Below are positions 1 to 8,977 of a stretch of 27,783 bases of DNA, in pieces. Position 1 is the stretch's first letter. Every line of letters begins with the position of its first letter. The stretch is from a virus (Duplodnaviria > Caudoviricetes). Location: IMG/VR virus record IMGVR_UViG_3300024254_000117, positions 1 to 27,783 of that record. One strand, given 5' to 3'. A program made the translations under genes and the position numbers. A model generated the notes under the pieces. It worked only from the letters and a program-made list of their open reading frames with translations, ran no database searches and was not told the origin of the DNA.

Positions 1-989
1 ATTGAATTAACTAAATCAGTGCCATTAGGCAACGCACAATAGACTTTGTTATCCCACACCCACATAATAGCTTGAGCAATCTGTCCTTTATTAATATTAT
101 TTAACGAAGCCCTAATTTTGGTCGAGACAATTTCATGTCTGAAAGCATCAAAATCAGTTCTGGTAACACGTCTAATATTAGCCTCATTATCAATAAACCA
201 TACCTCATTTCCTACCTGACATGCACCCCGTGGAGCAACACAGCCCACTTCTTCAGCTACTGAAGCATAGGATGAAGCATTAGATGCAATGGTAAAAGAA
301 TTATCTGAAAAGCCTGAGAGGTATTGAATAGAACGCTCTTTAAGTAGCACCAATGTGTCACCTAATGGAACTGCTGTAATGAGTTGTCCGTCACCTGGGA
401 CTGTTGTATGATCTGTTGTAGTGTTGTAACTTTCAGGATTACCAAGAGCAGACCAAAAAATATCTTCTGTATAGAGCGTTGAGCCAACCTTTACCTTATT
501 AAGAACAAACATAAAGTTATTAAACCATCGCATGACATTGCCATGAGGCGAGTCTGAACCACCATTAGAAACAGCAGTTAAAGCACTATTAAGCGTGGTC
601 GATCCCCTATCCCAGTACTGCAATACATTATCTGTGTTTCCTGTATAGATCTTTCCTTTAATCTGTACGTTCTCCATCCAAAGATTATTACCAGCAGTTA
701 AGTTATTAGCTATTGCAGACCAATTAGAGCCGTTGAGATACTCCAGTGTAGTTCCATGCGAGCGGAGCATATCAATACCTGAATCTCTAATAAACGCAGC
801 AAGTCCAGTACAAGGAACATTAGGAACATTACCAACAAGAGTAAGACCTAACCGTTGTCTCAGTTGCCCTTGGTACGTTATATCCCAGTTTTGTAAAACT
901 GTTGCTTCGTTTGGTGCTAGTTCTCGAAGTGAGGCAGTAGAATTAAGACCTCCTGAATAATCGGCTTTATTATAGGTAGCTAATTTCAT
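1..989 (-). CDS. Podovirus-type tail tubular protein B / nozzle (beta-propeller), truncated at the window's left edge
   Basis: Not in the ORF track because it runs off the window. The ATG at 989 overlaps the upstream stop (ATGA). It translates MKLATYNKADYSGGLNSTASLRELAPNEATVLQNWDITYQGQLRQRLG; the SGGLN...N..I...G.L..R.G N-terminus is typical of nozzle proteins. The same frame reads GQIAQAIMWVWDNKVYCALPNGTDLVNS at the window edge. It follows an adaptor-like gene. Confidence 0.75.
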   Translation of the reverse strand, partial: MKLATYNKADYSGGLNSTASLRELAPNEATVLQNWDITYQGQLRQRLGLTLVGNVPNVPCTGLAAFIRDSGIDMLRSHGTTLEYLNGSNWSAIANNLTAGNNLWMENVQIKGKIYTGNTDNVLQYWDRGSTTLNSALTAVSNGGSDSPHGNVMRWFNNFMFVLNKVKVGSTLYTEDIFWSALGNPESYNTTTDHTTVPGDGQLITAVPLGDTLVLLKERSIQYLSGFSDNSFTIASNASSYASVAEEVGCVAPRGACQVGNEVWFIDNEANIRRVTRTDFDAFRHEIVSTKIRASLNNINKGQIAQAIMWVWDNKVYCALPNGTDLVNS

Positions 990-1672
990 AGAACTCCATC
1001 ATTGTTGATATTGTCAATATAGAGTCCTTGACCTTCATAAATCTCAATAGATTTAGGCTCATCAATCTGATCTTCCGCAATGCTGTCAACCATTTCCTGC
1101 ACCCGTTGTTCAAAGCGTTGTAGTTTTGTTTCTGCCGGGCCATGTTGGTCATCAAGATCTAAATAATTTGCATATGCTCCAAGAGAGATAAGTCTATGAA
1201 ATTTACTATTAAAAGCAGGTGAATCATTTGCTCCCATTTCTGTAGGAATATAGATAAACCAAATCTTTAGTCCCTTAGTAGTGGTTTGTGTGGGGACTGG
1301 CAAAACACCAACCTTACCACCTGTTATATAATACTTTGGATTAACTTCGGTATATTGTGGGAGTTGTGTAGGATCTACCATATTTGGAACGTCTCCAATA
1401 TCCTGCAAAGGCGTTAAGCGTCTCCACGTTCCTGTAAAATTGGCGTAGACTAATTTAACCTGTGAAGCATTTGGAGGCATAAAATATTCCCATTGCCCGG
1501 AATTAAGATTAGTGACATCAGCAGTCGTGAAATAGGCTGGATTATCTTGTATGATCTGATCGACCATATACATATATGCTTCATTAAGCCAGCCCAAAAG
1601 CACATCATCAGTTGCAATATTGCCAGGGCCAATTCTTCCTTTTAAATCTTTTAATAAATCAGTTAGTGTCAT
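986..1672 (-). CDS. Tail adaptor / tail tubular protein A-like head-tail connector (228 aa)
   Basis: MTLTDLL...WLNEA N-terminal helices, 'EYFMP', 'PKYY...VGVLPVP...LKIWFIYIP' and 'FHRLISLGA' match the pattern of podoviral adaptor proteins; lies directly before the nozzle gene. Confidence 0.7.
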   Translation of the reverse strand: MTLTDLLKDLKGRIGPGNIATDDVLLGWLNEAYMYMVDQIIQDNPAYFTTADVTNLNSGQWEYFMPPNASQVKLVYANFTGTWRRLTPLQDIGDVPNMVDPTQLPQYTEVNPKYYITGGKVGVLPVPTQTTTKGLKIWFIYIPTEMGANDSPAFNSKFHRLISLGAYANYLDLDDQHGPAETKLQRFEQRVQEMVDSIAEDQIDEPKSIEIYEGQGLYIDNINNDGVL

Positions 1673-1754
1673 AAAACCAAAAAAGCCACACGCAAGGTGT
1701 GACTCTGTTCAATTAGTCTACAATTAGTCTAGCAATAAAAAAACAAATATACAA
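1673..1754 (-). promoter_or_regulatory. Promoter-hairpin-terminator cassette, copy E1
   Basis: Minus strand: TTGTAT-17nt-TAGACT-aattgta-GACT AATTGAACAG AGTC-ACAC CTTGC GTGTGGC TTTTTT-GGTTTT-ATG. Terminator stem AGTCACAC/GTGTGGCT overlaps the 3' arm of the first hairpin. Confidence 0.8.
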
Positions 1755-3560
1755 CTAACCGCCTAGATTAGCTGTTGCTCCCACAATTGCCATTTGCAGT
1801 CTATCAACATAGTTTGGACTTGAGCCAGTGGGCTGTAAGGTTGTAATTGAAGTATATGAATCTCCTGCTGCCCAATGATTAGTCCATACTTTATATTGAT
1901 TCATAAGAGTAAAGAAGGTTGTCAAACAAACCTGCCATTCAGCAGTATTAGGGACGCCATACTCCCCACAATGCAGGTTAACAAGATTATTAGCTGCCCA
2001 TGCGAGCATAGGTGTTAAATCAGGGCCAATTGCTGTATTGTTTGATTCTGCAAAAGATTGTTGATAACTGCCTGAGTGGTCATTATCAAAATAATAATGG
2101 AAAGAATAGGTTATTAAATTATATGGATCATTTAACCAGGGGATAGGATTTGTCCCATAGCTACTGGTAAAATTTTGCCCTCCAGCCCAGTGATCGAATT
2201 CTGCAAAGATGCCATGCGTTATGTCCTGCTGTCGTATTGCATCAATAGCAGCCTGATACATAAGTGTTACTGTTGCATTTACATTATAATTTGTAGGCGT
2301 TGAAGGTACAGGCATATCATGTGGTTCATTCATTAAGTCATATGCAAAAACAGTAGTATCATTAGCATACGCAGCAGCAACCAAACCCCAGAACTGAGCA
2401 AATTCATCAATTGATACTTGTGGATCTCCAATTCTAACTTGTCCTCTATTGCCTGTCGTTGTATCCCCGTTAATATTTAAAACAAGGGTATCAATTTGCA
2501 CATGCACTCCTGCTGCAAAGAACGCAACTTGTCCATGCGCTAATGCTCCATCACTTGCTATTGAGTTAGTTGTAAACAATGGTGTACCATTCAAAGAAAC
2601 ATTGATCTTGCCGTTTGTTGCTTGATTCACATCAATATCAACTGCATAGGTGCTCACCGTACCCCATGTTTGGGAGCCTGTTGCAAGTTGTGTTTTCACC
2701 CCTGAAATAATTTTATTAAGTGTCCATGAATTACTTGATACATCTGCTGCAAATTCATAACAGTTATTATCATCAATCCACATAGGTCTGACATATAACC
2801 CTTCCCCACCAAAAGACGTATCACGAGAGTTAAATTTCATATTAAATGAGACATGATAACCTGTTGCAGGTGAAACAGGATTAATTGCAGTCCCCAATAA
2901 TGATTCTCCATAATCACGAAGGACAATAAAACCATTCTGGCTGTAATCAGCATAAGGATAATTAAGCTGTGATACAGCACCCGTAAAGTTATCTGTTATT
3001 CCACCGCTTAAAGGACTAACAATACGCCTACCATAATTATGACAATCCAAAATAACCTTTAGTCCTGCTGATTTTGCCTTGGCAATTTGGTCATCAAGGA
3101 TTGCTTTGTATGATGAATCAAGTGCACCATTAAGGCTAGGCTGTAACCGTTCCCACAAGAAGGCTAAACGAACTGTAGTAAAACCTTTTGCAGCAAAGTA
3201 ATTATAGGTATTCTGCGTTGATTCAAAAAAGGATGTACCCAAAGTCCCTGGCAATTGTCCAGGATTCTCAAGACCAGATAAAGAAATGCCACGCCTGACA
3301 GGGATTTGAGGAGGTGTAGTAGGAATTACTGGAGTAACTAAAGGTGTTGGGCAATTATCTTCAGCCCAGGTAGTTGAAGGAGCTGCATCAGCAACCCAGG
3401 TAGTGATAGGACAAAAAGCCTCTCCTATTATTGATGGATTTGTAGGAGGCGTGGGTGAAGGAGTTGGTGTTACTGGTGCTGGAGATGAACCAAGAAGTAA
3501 AAAGCTTCCATCCCCAAGGAGTAAATATGAACCGTTTCCTAACTGTAATCTATCTTCCAT
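1755..3560 (-). CDS. GH5-family glycoside hydrolase (endoglucanase-like) with Pro/Thr linker and an inserted beta-rich domain; probable virion-associated enzyme
   Basis: GH5 motifs RGISLSGLE, VRLAFLWERLQP, ILDCHNYGR, YDLMNEPH (acid/base Glu), SFHYYFD and GEYGVP (nucleophile Glu). N-terminal LxLGDGSxLLL repeats and a Pro/Thr-rich linker. Located in the tail region. Confidence 0.85.
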   Translation of the reverse strand: MEDRLQLGNGSYLLLGDGSFLLLGSSPAPVTPTPSPTPPTNPSIIGEAFCPITTWVADAAPSTTWAEDNCPTPLVTPVIPTTPPQIPVRRGISLSGLENPGQLPGTLGTSFFESTQNTYNYFAAKGFTTVRLAFLWERLQPSLNGALDSSYKAILDDQIAKAKSAGLKVILDCHNYGRRIVSPLSGGITDNFTGAVSQLNYPYADYSQNGFIVLRDYGESLLGTAINPVSPATGYHVSFNMKFNSRDTSFGGEGLYVRPMWIDDNNCYEFAADVSSNSWTLNKIISGVKTQLATGSQTWGTVSTYAVDIDVNQATNGKINVSLNGTPLFTTNSIASDGALAHGQVAFFAAGVHVQIDTLVLNINGDTTTGNRGQVRIGDPQVSIDEFAQFWGLVAAAYANDTTVFAYDLMNEPHDMPVPSTPTNYNVNATVTLMYQAAIDAIRQQDITHGIFAEFDHWAGGQNFTSSYGTNPIPWLNDPYNLITYSFHYYFDNDHSGSYQQSFAESNNTAIGPDLTPMLAWAANNLVNLHCGEYGVPNTAEWQVCLTTFFTLMNQYKVWTNHWAAGDSYTSITTLQPTGSSPNYVDRLQMAIVGATANLGG

Positions 3561-3566
3561 AACATA

Positions 3567-5012
3567 CTAATAGCCTTTAGCATAATTGATAACATCCCAT
3601 TTTGAAGACGCACTGTTATATTTACATTTCAGGTAGTCATACTTTCCAGCTACTATATTTGAGATAGTAAACGCTCCTACATCAAATGCACTACCAAGGG
3701 TTAATGAATGACTTGATGAGTCAGCATTCTTTATTCGATAAGTAATCTCTTGACCATCCTGCGGATTAGTTGGATTACTGATTGTCAAATCAACAGTAGT
3801 TGAAACCTCAAAGCTATTTGCAGCATAAGCATTCGTAGCAACTGCACCGCCTGTTACAGAAAGCGTTGCAACTCCAGCGACAAAGGATGCAGGGACAATC
3901 ATGGCTCCCGTTGAATCATTCAGCCAGGTAATAGAACCATTATTAGTAACGCCTCCAAAAGTAAAAGGATCTGATACCGTACAATTAGAGCCACTATCAA
4001 CGGTTAACCATTTAGCACTCGCTCCGTTATTAATATCATTAAAGCCATGGATTCCGATACCATAGGAATTATTTGTCAACCAAATGCCTTTACCACTCGC
4101 AAGCGTTCCTAACTCATAACACGCATTCATTACAATGCCATTTGATCCATCAATTTTGTAGGGGATGCCAGGGTAATTGGTTGATCTATTATTAGGATTC
4201 TCAACACCGCACGCATTCATAGCAATTCCCTGACATGCTTTAAGCCAATACCCAATACCACAGGCATCTGCTGCGCAGGAATTAAAGGTACAATAAATCA
4301 TAGTATCCAAATGAAAGGCAGATTGTAAATTACCATCACCATAGCAAGCAGTAAATGTGCAGGACGTACCAGCAACAGAAGAAAGACCTACAATATGGAA
4401 ACCATCGCCCACACAGGACTCAGTGATTACCCTGTCAAATTGCGTAACAATTGCATTAGTAATATAAATGCCATCTCCCCCGGTATTCCTGATATACATA
4501 TTTTCAAACCTGAAATATCTATTATTTGCATTGAGAGAACGAACTAAATCAATACCAATTCCTGAACCTGATCCTGTACCCTGCAAGCAAAGATTTCTAA
4601 ATAATACTTGTCCAATATCTGATCCATAAAATATATCTTTATTTGTGGCTGTTTGTTTAATCATGCAGGTTGGGGAAGGAAGGTCAAATTGATCTGAAGC
4701 ACCAAGGACTGTAATACCACTGGAAAGAGTTATTTTATCAGTTATGACATACGTGCCAGGTGGAAAATATAACGTACCACCTACTGCTCCTGCTGCGGTA
4801 GCTGCTGCCTGAATAGCACTGGTATCATCCGTTGTCCCATCTCCCTTAGCTCCATAGGTTTTTACATTATAAAAAAGTAGCCAGCGTTTATCTGCATTAG
4901 CAACAGACAACTGCTTTGTAACATTGCCTGCTGTTACATCTTCCACAGGGAAGAGTGTTGCCGTGTCAGGCGTTGTCATTACTGGTAGATTTTCAATTTT
5001 GCTGTCAGCCAT
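3567..5012 (-). CDS. Tailspike / depolymerase with pectate-lyase-3-like right-handed beta-helix
   Basis: FYNVKTYGAKGDGTTDDTSAIQAA...TLYFPPGTYVIT is the classic Pectate_lyase_3 N-terminus, followed by G-I/F beta-helix rungs. Start moved from 5021 to 5012 (MADSKIENLP), since the upstream bases belong to the terminator tail. Confidence 0.85.
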   Translation of the reverse strand: MADSKIENLPVMTTPDTATLFPVEDVTAGNVTKQLSVANADKRWLLFYNVKTYGAKGDGTTDDTSAIQAAATAAGAVGGTLYFPPGTYVITDKITLSSGITVLGASDQFDLPSPTCMIKQTATNKDIFYGSDIGQVLFRNLCLQGTGSGSGIGIDLVRSLNANNRYFRFENMYIRNTGGDGIYITNAIVTQFDRVITESCVGDGFHIVGLSSVAGTSCTFTACYGDGNLQSAFHLDTMIYCTFNSCAADACGIGYWLKACQGIAMNACGVENPNNRSTNYPGIPYKIDGSNGIVMNACYELGTLASGKGIWLTNNSYGIGIHGFNDINNGASAKWLTVDSGSNCTVSDPFTFGGVTNNGSITWLNDSTGAMIVPASFVAGVATLSVTGGAVATNAYAANSFEVSTTVDLTISNPTNPQDGQEITYRIKNADSSSHSLTLGSAFDVGAFTISNIVAGKYDYLKCKYNSASSKWDVINYAKGY

Positions 5013-5095
5013 AAACCACAAAAAAAGACGCCCTTTAAGGCGTCTCTGTTCAATTAGACTACTCTAGCGTAACAAGTTTACTTACTCTTTGTCAA
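5013..5095 (-). promoter_or_regulatory. Promoter-hairpin-terminator cassette, copy E2
   Basis: TTGACA-18nt-TACGCT-agagta-GTCT AATTGAACAG AGAC-GCC TTAAAG GGCGTCT TTTTTT-GTGGTTT-ATG. Confidence 0.9.
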
Positions 5096-5097
5096 TA

Positions 5098-5379
5098 TCA
5101 GAAGCCAATATTAGTAAAGAAGTCTTTTGCCATATCACCTAGAGAAACTTGATTAGCTGCTCCTTTAAAAATAAAATATAGTCTCCAAAGATCATTAAGA
5201 GATTGCGTAGTTGTATTACTTAGCTGTGATTGTAAAAAAGCTCGAATTGCATCCTGCTGTGAAACTTTACCTCCATAATAAGCAATTCGCAAATCATGCA
5301 GCGAGAAATTGGTTGCTAAACCCGTCTTGTTTTGCAAAGCTATTTTTTCTTGATAATTACGTGTTATTGTTGCTGACAT
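5098..5379 (-). CDS. Hypothetical protein (93 aa), probably virion-associated
   Basis: Start MSATITRN at 5379 overlaps the upstream stop (TAATG). Contains weak internal repeats SLHDL/SLNDL/SLGDM. Confidence 0.6.
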   Translation of the reverse strand: MSATITRNYQEKIALQNKTGLATNFSLHDLRIAYYGGKVSQQDAIRAFLQSQLSNTTTQSLNDLWRLYFIFKGAANQVSLGDMAKDFFTNIGF

Positions 5380-6461
5380 TATGAAACACTCCTTGAACCT
5401 ACTTGAGTACGACCAGTCAATGTTGCTTGCATCCATAAAAGAACTTCTTTAGGAGTATGCGTTCCATCACCATTGTGAGAAACAACAACATTTGCATTGT
5501 CCGCAAAACTCCAAGGCATTACTAAACTGAAACCAGCATTAAGAGCTTTCCGGGTAATACTTCGTACAGCTTGGGGATCGTATAAAGCATTAAATAATTC
5601 ATCATTTCCAGCTATCGGATGAGAGGAGGCCGTAGGATCAGAATAATTAAGATGCCCAACCTCACTTAACCATTTTGGTTTACTTGTTAATTGTCTAAAA
5701 TCTGCCATGTAAGTATTATCAGGCCGATAAACGTGCATAGAATAAATGTCTGTTACTGGATCTATGTATGTAGTGCGTTTTGTTGCATCTGAAAAATATT
5801 GATAAGTGGCTTGTTCTTCTTCTTCATATTCACTTATTCCAACTGGTTTTGCTGTTGTTGATTTTAAAGCACCATAACACAGCGTTAACCAATCCAATAC
5901 GTTTTGTTGTGTTACGCTTTCAGTAACTGCATATGCTGAAAACCCAGCAGCACATGAATAAGGCTCGTTGCATAGTTCATACATTAAGATATTAGAAAAA
6001 GTATCAACGGCTGACACATAGGCAACCATCGCATTTTTATAGGCAGTTCTGCCATTGCTTGTTAGCACAAGTTCCCATCTTGTATAGCCATCAAGACTTG
6101 ATGGAGCACTGGGTGTTTCCCCTCTACTCATAACTAAAATGCAGGATATACCATGTGAATTAGCCTTGGTAAGAAAGTCTTTTAAATTATCACGATATGT
6201 GCTGTTCATGGTAAAAACTGAGCTTGCATAGGACATGATTGATTCAAGTGGAGCAAATACACGAATTTTAGTAATGCCACTGGTTTGTAATAAAGCTAAG
6301 TCATTATCTGCTTTTGTAGCATCATAGCTTTGGAGCCATGTTATCGGGTTAGTCCCATCATGAAGATTCATATTATAATAATTAATCCCTAGTGTGGTAG
6401 GCGTATAATTTGGCCGATTATCATACCATGCTGGATTAGATCTTGTAGTTGCACTTCTCAT
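5379..6461 (-). CDS. Clan GH-A (GH5-like, mannanase/cellulase-type) glycoside hydrolase
   Basis: Motifs LGINYY, KIRVF, YELCNEP (acid/base), YSMHVY, KPKWLSEVG (nucleophile) and MPWSF. Start at 6461 (MRSATT) overlaps the upstream stop (ATGA). Confidence 0.8.
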   Translation of the reverse strand: MRSATTRSNPAWYDNRPNYTPTTLGINYYNMNLHDGTNPITWLQSYDATKADNDLALLQTSGITKIRVFAPLESIMSYASSVFTMNSTYRDNLKDFLTKANSHGISCILVMSRGETPSAPSSLDGYTRWELVLTSNGRTAYKNAMVAYVSAVDTFSNILMYELCNEPYSCAAGFSAYAVTESVTQQNVLDWLTLCYGALKSTTAKPVGISEYEEEEQATYQYFSDATKRTTYIDPVTDIYSMHVYRPDNTYMADFRQLTSKPKWLSEVGHLNYSDPTASSHPIAGNDELFNALYDPQAVRSITRKALNAGFSLVMPWSFADNANVVVSHNGDGTHTPKEVLLWMQATLTGRTQVGSRSVS

Positions 6462-6898
6462 GTTGTTAAGACTAACCATGCACTAATAGTCTGTGTTATT
6501 CCTGCCTGGTTAGTAACAGTAATACGCACATAAGGAGCCGTCAAATCACCTGCAATAATTGGAAATTGACTACCACTACTATCATTAATATAATACCATC
6601 CAGAGACTCCATTATCAGGACTTACTTCTAATTTAAGATCTAAGTTACCACTTGCACCTGCTGCAAAAGCTCTATATTTGCGATATATTCCACTTACAAT
6701 AGCAGAAGATGAATTAGAAGCATTATTAGCTAAAGATGTGTTTGTCTGAGTTTGCGTAGTGACTGTCTTAGCTCCACCTACTAAAATGTTATTAGTTAAA
6801 TCTTCACCAGCAATTAAACTTTTTAGATTAACATTGAGCCAATCACTGACTGGATCAAAAAGCCTTTGAAATATTTCATGCAGCACTGTATTAGCCAT
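6458..6898 (-). CDS. Hypothetical virion protein (146 aa, beta-rich C-terminus)
   Basis: ORF directly behind cassette E3. The LEVSPDNG..W and PYVRITVTN motifs are common in phage structural/decoration proteins. Confidence 0.6.
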   Translation of the reverse strand: MANTVLHEIFQRLFDPVSDWLNVNLKSLIAGEDLTNNILVGGAKTVTTQTQTNTSLANNASNSSSAIVSGIYRKYRAFAAGASGNLDLKLEVSPDNGVSGWYYINDSSGSQFPIIAGDLTAPYVRITVTNQAGITQTISAWLVLTT

Positions 6899-6980
6899 AT
6901 AACAAAAAAGACAGCCCTTTTCGGCTGTCCTGTTTCAATGAGACAATTAAAGTATGACTGAACTGCTTACTTCTTGTCAA
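6899..6980 (-). promoter_or_regulatory. Promoter-hairpin-terminator cassette, copy E3
   Basis: TTGACA-18nt-CATACT-ttaatt-GTCT CATTGAAACA GGAC-AGCC GAAAAG GGCTGTC TTTTTT-GTTAT-ATG. Confidence 0.9.
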
Positions 6981-6982
6981 GA

Positions 6983-8521
6983 TTATAATCGAATATACTG
7001 ATTCCCGGCCAATCGCATAGCTAATTCTCCATCTACAAAAATGAGTTGTGGTTCAGGTTTTGAAACGGTTGATAATATACGTGCTTTTCCTGTAATAGTT
7101 CTTGTCGTTGTCCCTAATATATTTGCTTTTCCTGCAACTGTTTGAACAGAAAGTGAAACTAAATTAGCTTGTCCTTGAATAGTTTGATTAGAAACCTTAG
7201 TAATACGACTTTTCCCTTGAATAGTTTGTATGCTCACAGCAGTAATACGAGCTAAGCCTTGAATTGTCTGGGTAGTTGATGCCGTAATTCTTGCAAGTCC
7301 TGGAATTGTTTGCACAGTAGATGCAGTAATACGAGATAAACCTTGCATTGTTTTATTTACTACTTGCTGAATCCTTGCTAAGCCCTGGGTGGTTTGCGTG
7401 GTAGTAACATTGCTAACTGCTATTTTTGCAAGCCCTTGGATGGTTTGATTTACTGACTGTTGTATTCTTGCCAAACCTGTAATGGTTTGTGTTGTACTAT
7501 TTTGAATCCTTGCCTTACCCGTAATTGTTTGCAATGCGGAGGCCGTGATACGTGTCACACCTTGCTGAGTCTTATTAACTATTTGTTGTATTCTTGATAG
7601 TCCAGTCTGGGTTTGCGTGGTTGATTTACGAATATCACCTTTACCCAGAATTGTTTGTAAGGTTGTTGCAGTTATTCTAGCTAAACCCTGCTGTGTTTGG
7701 TTAACTACCTTTTGAATACGACTTTTCCCTGTCTGAGTTTGCAAAGTTGTTGCTGTAATTCTTGCCTTACCTAATTGCGTCTGCGTTGTCGTAGCAGTAA
7801 CCCGAGCTTTTCCCGTTTGAGTCTGATTTGTAGTAGCGGTTATTCTAGCTAAACCTTGTTGTGTTTGATTAGTTGTAGTGTTAGTATTTGGTTTGAGTGA
7901 TACAGCAAAAGACTCCCATGCACCGGACACAGAGGAGGTGAAAGTTTGTGCTCCACTGCTCCCTGCCGTGACTACTAATTTGTCAGCCATGTATACGCCA
8001 ATTTTTGTCGAGTTATTCCCCCCATTATCGCTAAAGGTGCGCTTTGTTGCGGTATCAGAAGAAGAGGTAGCACCTGTTTCAACCTGTGCAACACCTCCAA
8101 CAAACCAAGCGTTATTAACGCCCGTTGTAACTGCATTCATCGTTATTGCCGTTCCTGAATTACCATTTGCAGTACCCGAAGCATCAATAGGAGTTGAATT
8201 ATCAACCCCACGATAAGCCATTAATGCAGCCTCAATATCTACCGTTGTAGCTATCGTATAGGTTGATGGGTCACCAGCCTGCACGACACGTGTCCACATG
8301 GCAACACCAGCATTTGATCCATTGCCATGATAATTTTGTGAGGTAAAAGCAGCACCACCATTAGAAATAGCGGTCACTTTATCGGTAGCACTATTTGTTC
8401 TCTCAGCAATAATACAAACCAAGACATCTCCTGCCGTGGTGCCTGTTGGAACAGTAATTGTTACGTTTGATCCTGTGCCTCCAGCAACTTGTGCTGTAGA
8501 TGTAACTGCTGATATTGCCAT
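6983..8521 (-). CDS. Thr/Gln-rich fibre-like virion protein: N-terminal beta domain plus about 19 tandem 14-aa repeats
   Basis: N-terminal VTITVPTGTTAGDVLV...YRGVD domain of about 210 aa, followed by repeats of consensus xxTTxQT(Q/I)xG(L/K)ARI. Confidence 0.75.
   Translation of the reverse strand: MAISAVTSTAQVAGGTGSNVTITVPTGTTAGDVLVCIIAERTNSATDKVTAISNGGAAFTSQNYHGNGSNAGVAMWTRVVQAGDPSTYTIATTVDIEAALMAYRGVDNSTPIDASGTANGNSGTAITMNAVTTGVNNAWFVGGVAQVETGATSSSDTATKRTFSDNGGNNSTKIGVYMADKLVVTAGSSGAQTFTSSVSGAWESFAVSLKPNTNTTTNQTQQGLARITATTNQTQTGKARVTATTTQTQLGKARITATTLQTQTGKSRIQKVVNQTQQGLARITATTLQTILGKGDIRKSTTQTQTGLSRIQQIVNKTQQGVTRITASALQTITGKARIQNSTTQTITGLARIQQSVNQTIQGLAKIAVSNVTTTQTTQGLARIQQVVNKTMQGLSRITASTVQTIPGLARITASTTQTIQGLARITAVSIQTIQGKSRITKVSNQTIQGQANLVSLSVQTVAGKANILGTTTRTITGKARILSTVSKPEPQLIFVDGELAMRLAGNQYIRL
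7072..7878 (-). repeat. Degenerate 42-bp (14-aa) tandem coding repeat, about 19 units
   Basis: Units such as TATTNQTQTGKARV, TATTTQTQLGKARI, QKVVNQTQQGLARI and TASTTQTIQGLARI; one unit carries a 3-aa insertion. Confidence 0.9.
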
Positions 8522-8522
8522 A

Positions 8523-8960
8523 TTAAGAAATTGCTAGTTTTTGTTGGTAGTTTTTCCCTTTAATATTACATTGCCACCCTATGAAATACTCAATAAAATG
8601 TCCTGCTTCCTCTCGTTTTATTTGTTCTCCTGTTTTTGTATCATAGGTTGCATTATAGTCATGCGTATGCTGTCGATAAAATATTAAGGTAAACTTTTCA
8701 GGCAACGTAGGAAGCTTATCTGATTCAAGTAAAATAGGCAGTCCATTCACTTCAAAAAGTCCCGTTATTAAATCAACTGTTACCTTTTGTCCATTACCTA
8801 CTAAAGAAAAGCTTCTTAGTTCTTTACCACTTTGCAAGACATCATAAAATTCAGAGCGTTTTTCAGGATCTAGTTTTGATCTATCTTCTGGGGTTTGCTC
8901 AATAACACTACCATCAATAAATTCAGCTACAAAAAGATATTTGAGGTTAACTTGTCCCAT
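8523..8960 (-). CDS. Hypothetical protein (145 aa)
   Basis: Co-oriented ORF that abuts its neighbours; no motif recognised. Confidence 0.65.
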   Translation of the reverse strand: MGQVNLKYLFVAEFIDGSVIEQTPEDRSKLDPEKRSEFYDVLQSGKELRSFSLVGNGQKVTVDLITGLFEVNGLPILLESDKLPTLPEKFTLIFYRQHTHDYNATYDTKTGEQIKREEAGHFIEYFIGWQCNIKGKNYQQKLAIS

Positions 8961-8977
8961 TGTATTGTTACCAGTAA

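Noticed and set aside
970-1632. Alternative-frame minus ORFs 970-1155 and 1450-1632 (likewise 23120-23389)
   Set aside because: They overlap better-supported genes out of frame and have no features of their own.
5013-5095. Metabolite-sensing riboswitch interpretation of the cassettes
   Set aside because: The conserved part is only about 18 nt, a single small hairpin, and matches no aptamer I recognise; a protein-binding site fits better.
7072-7878. Possible CRISPR array or DGR template/variable repeat
   Set aside because: It is an in-frame 42-bp coding repeat with general degeneracy; there are no spacers, no adenine-specific variation and no reverse transcriptase.
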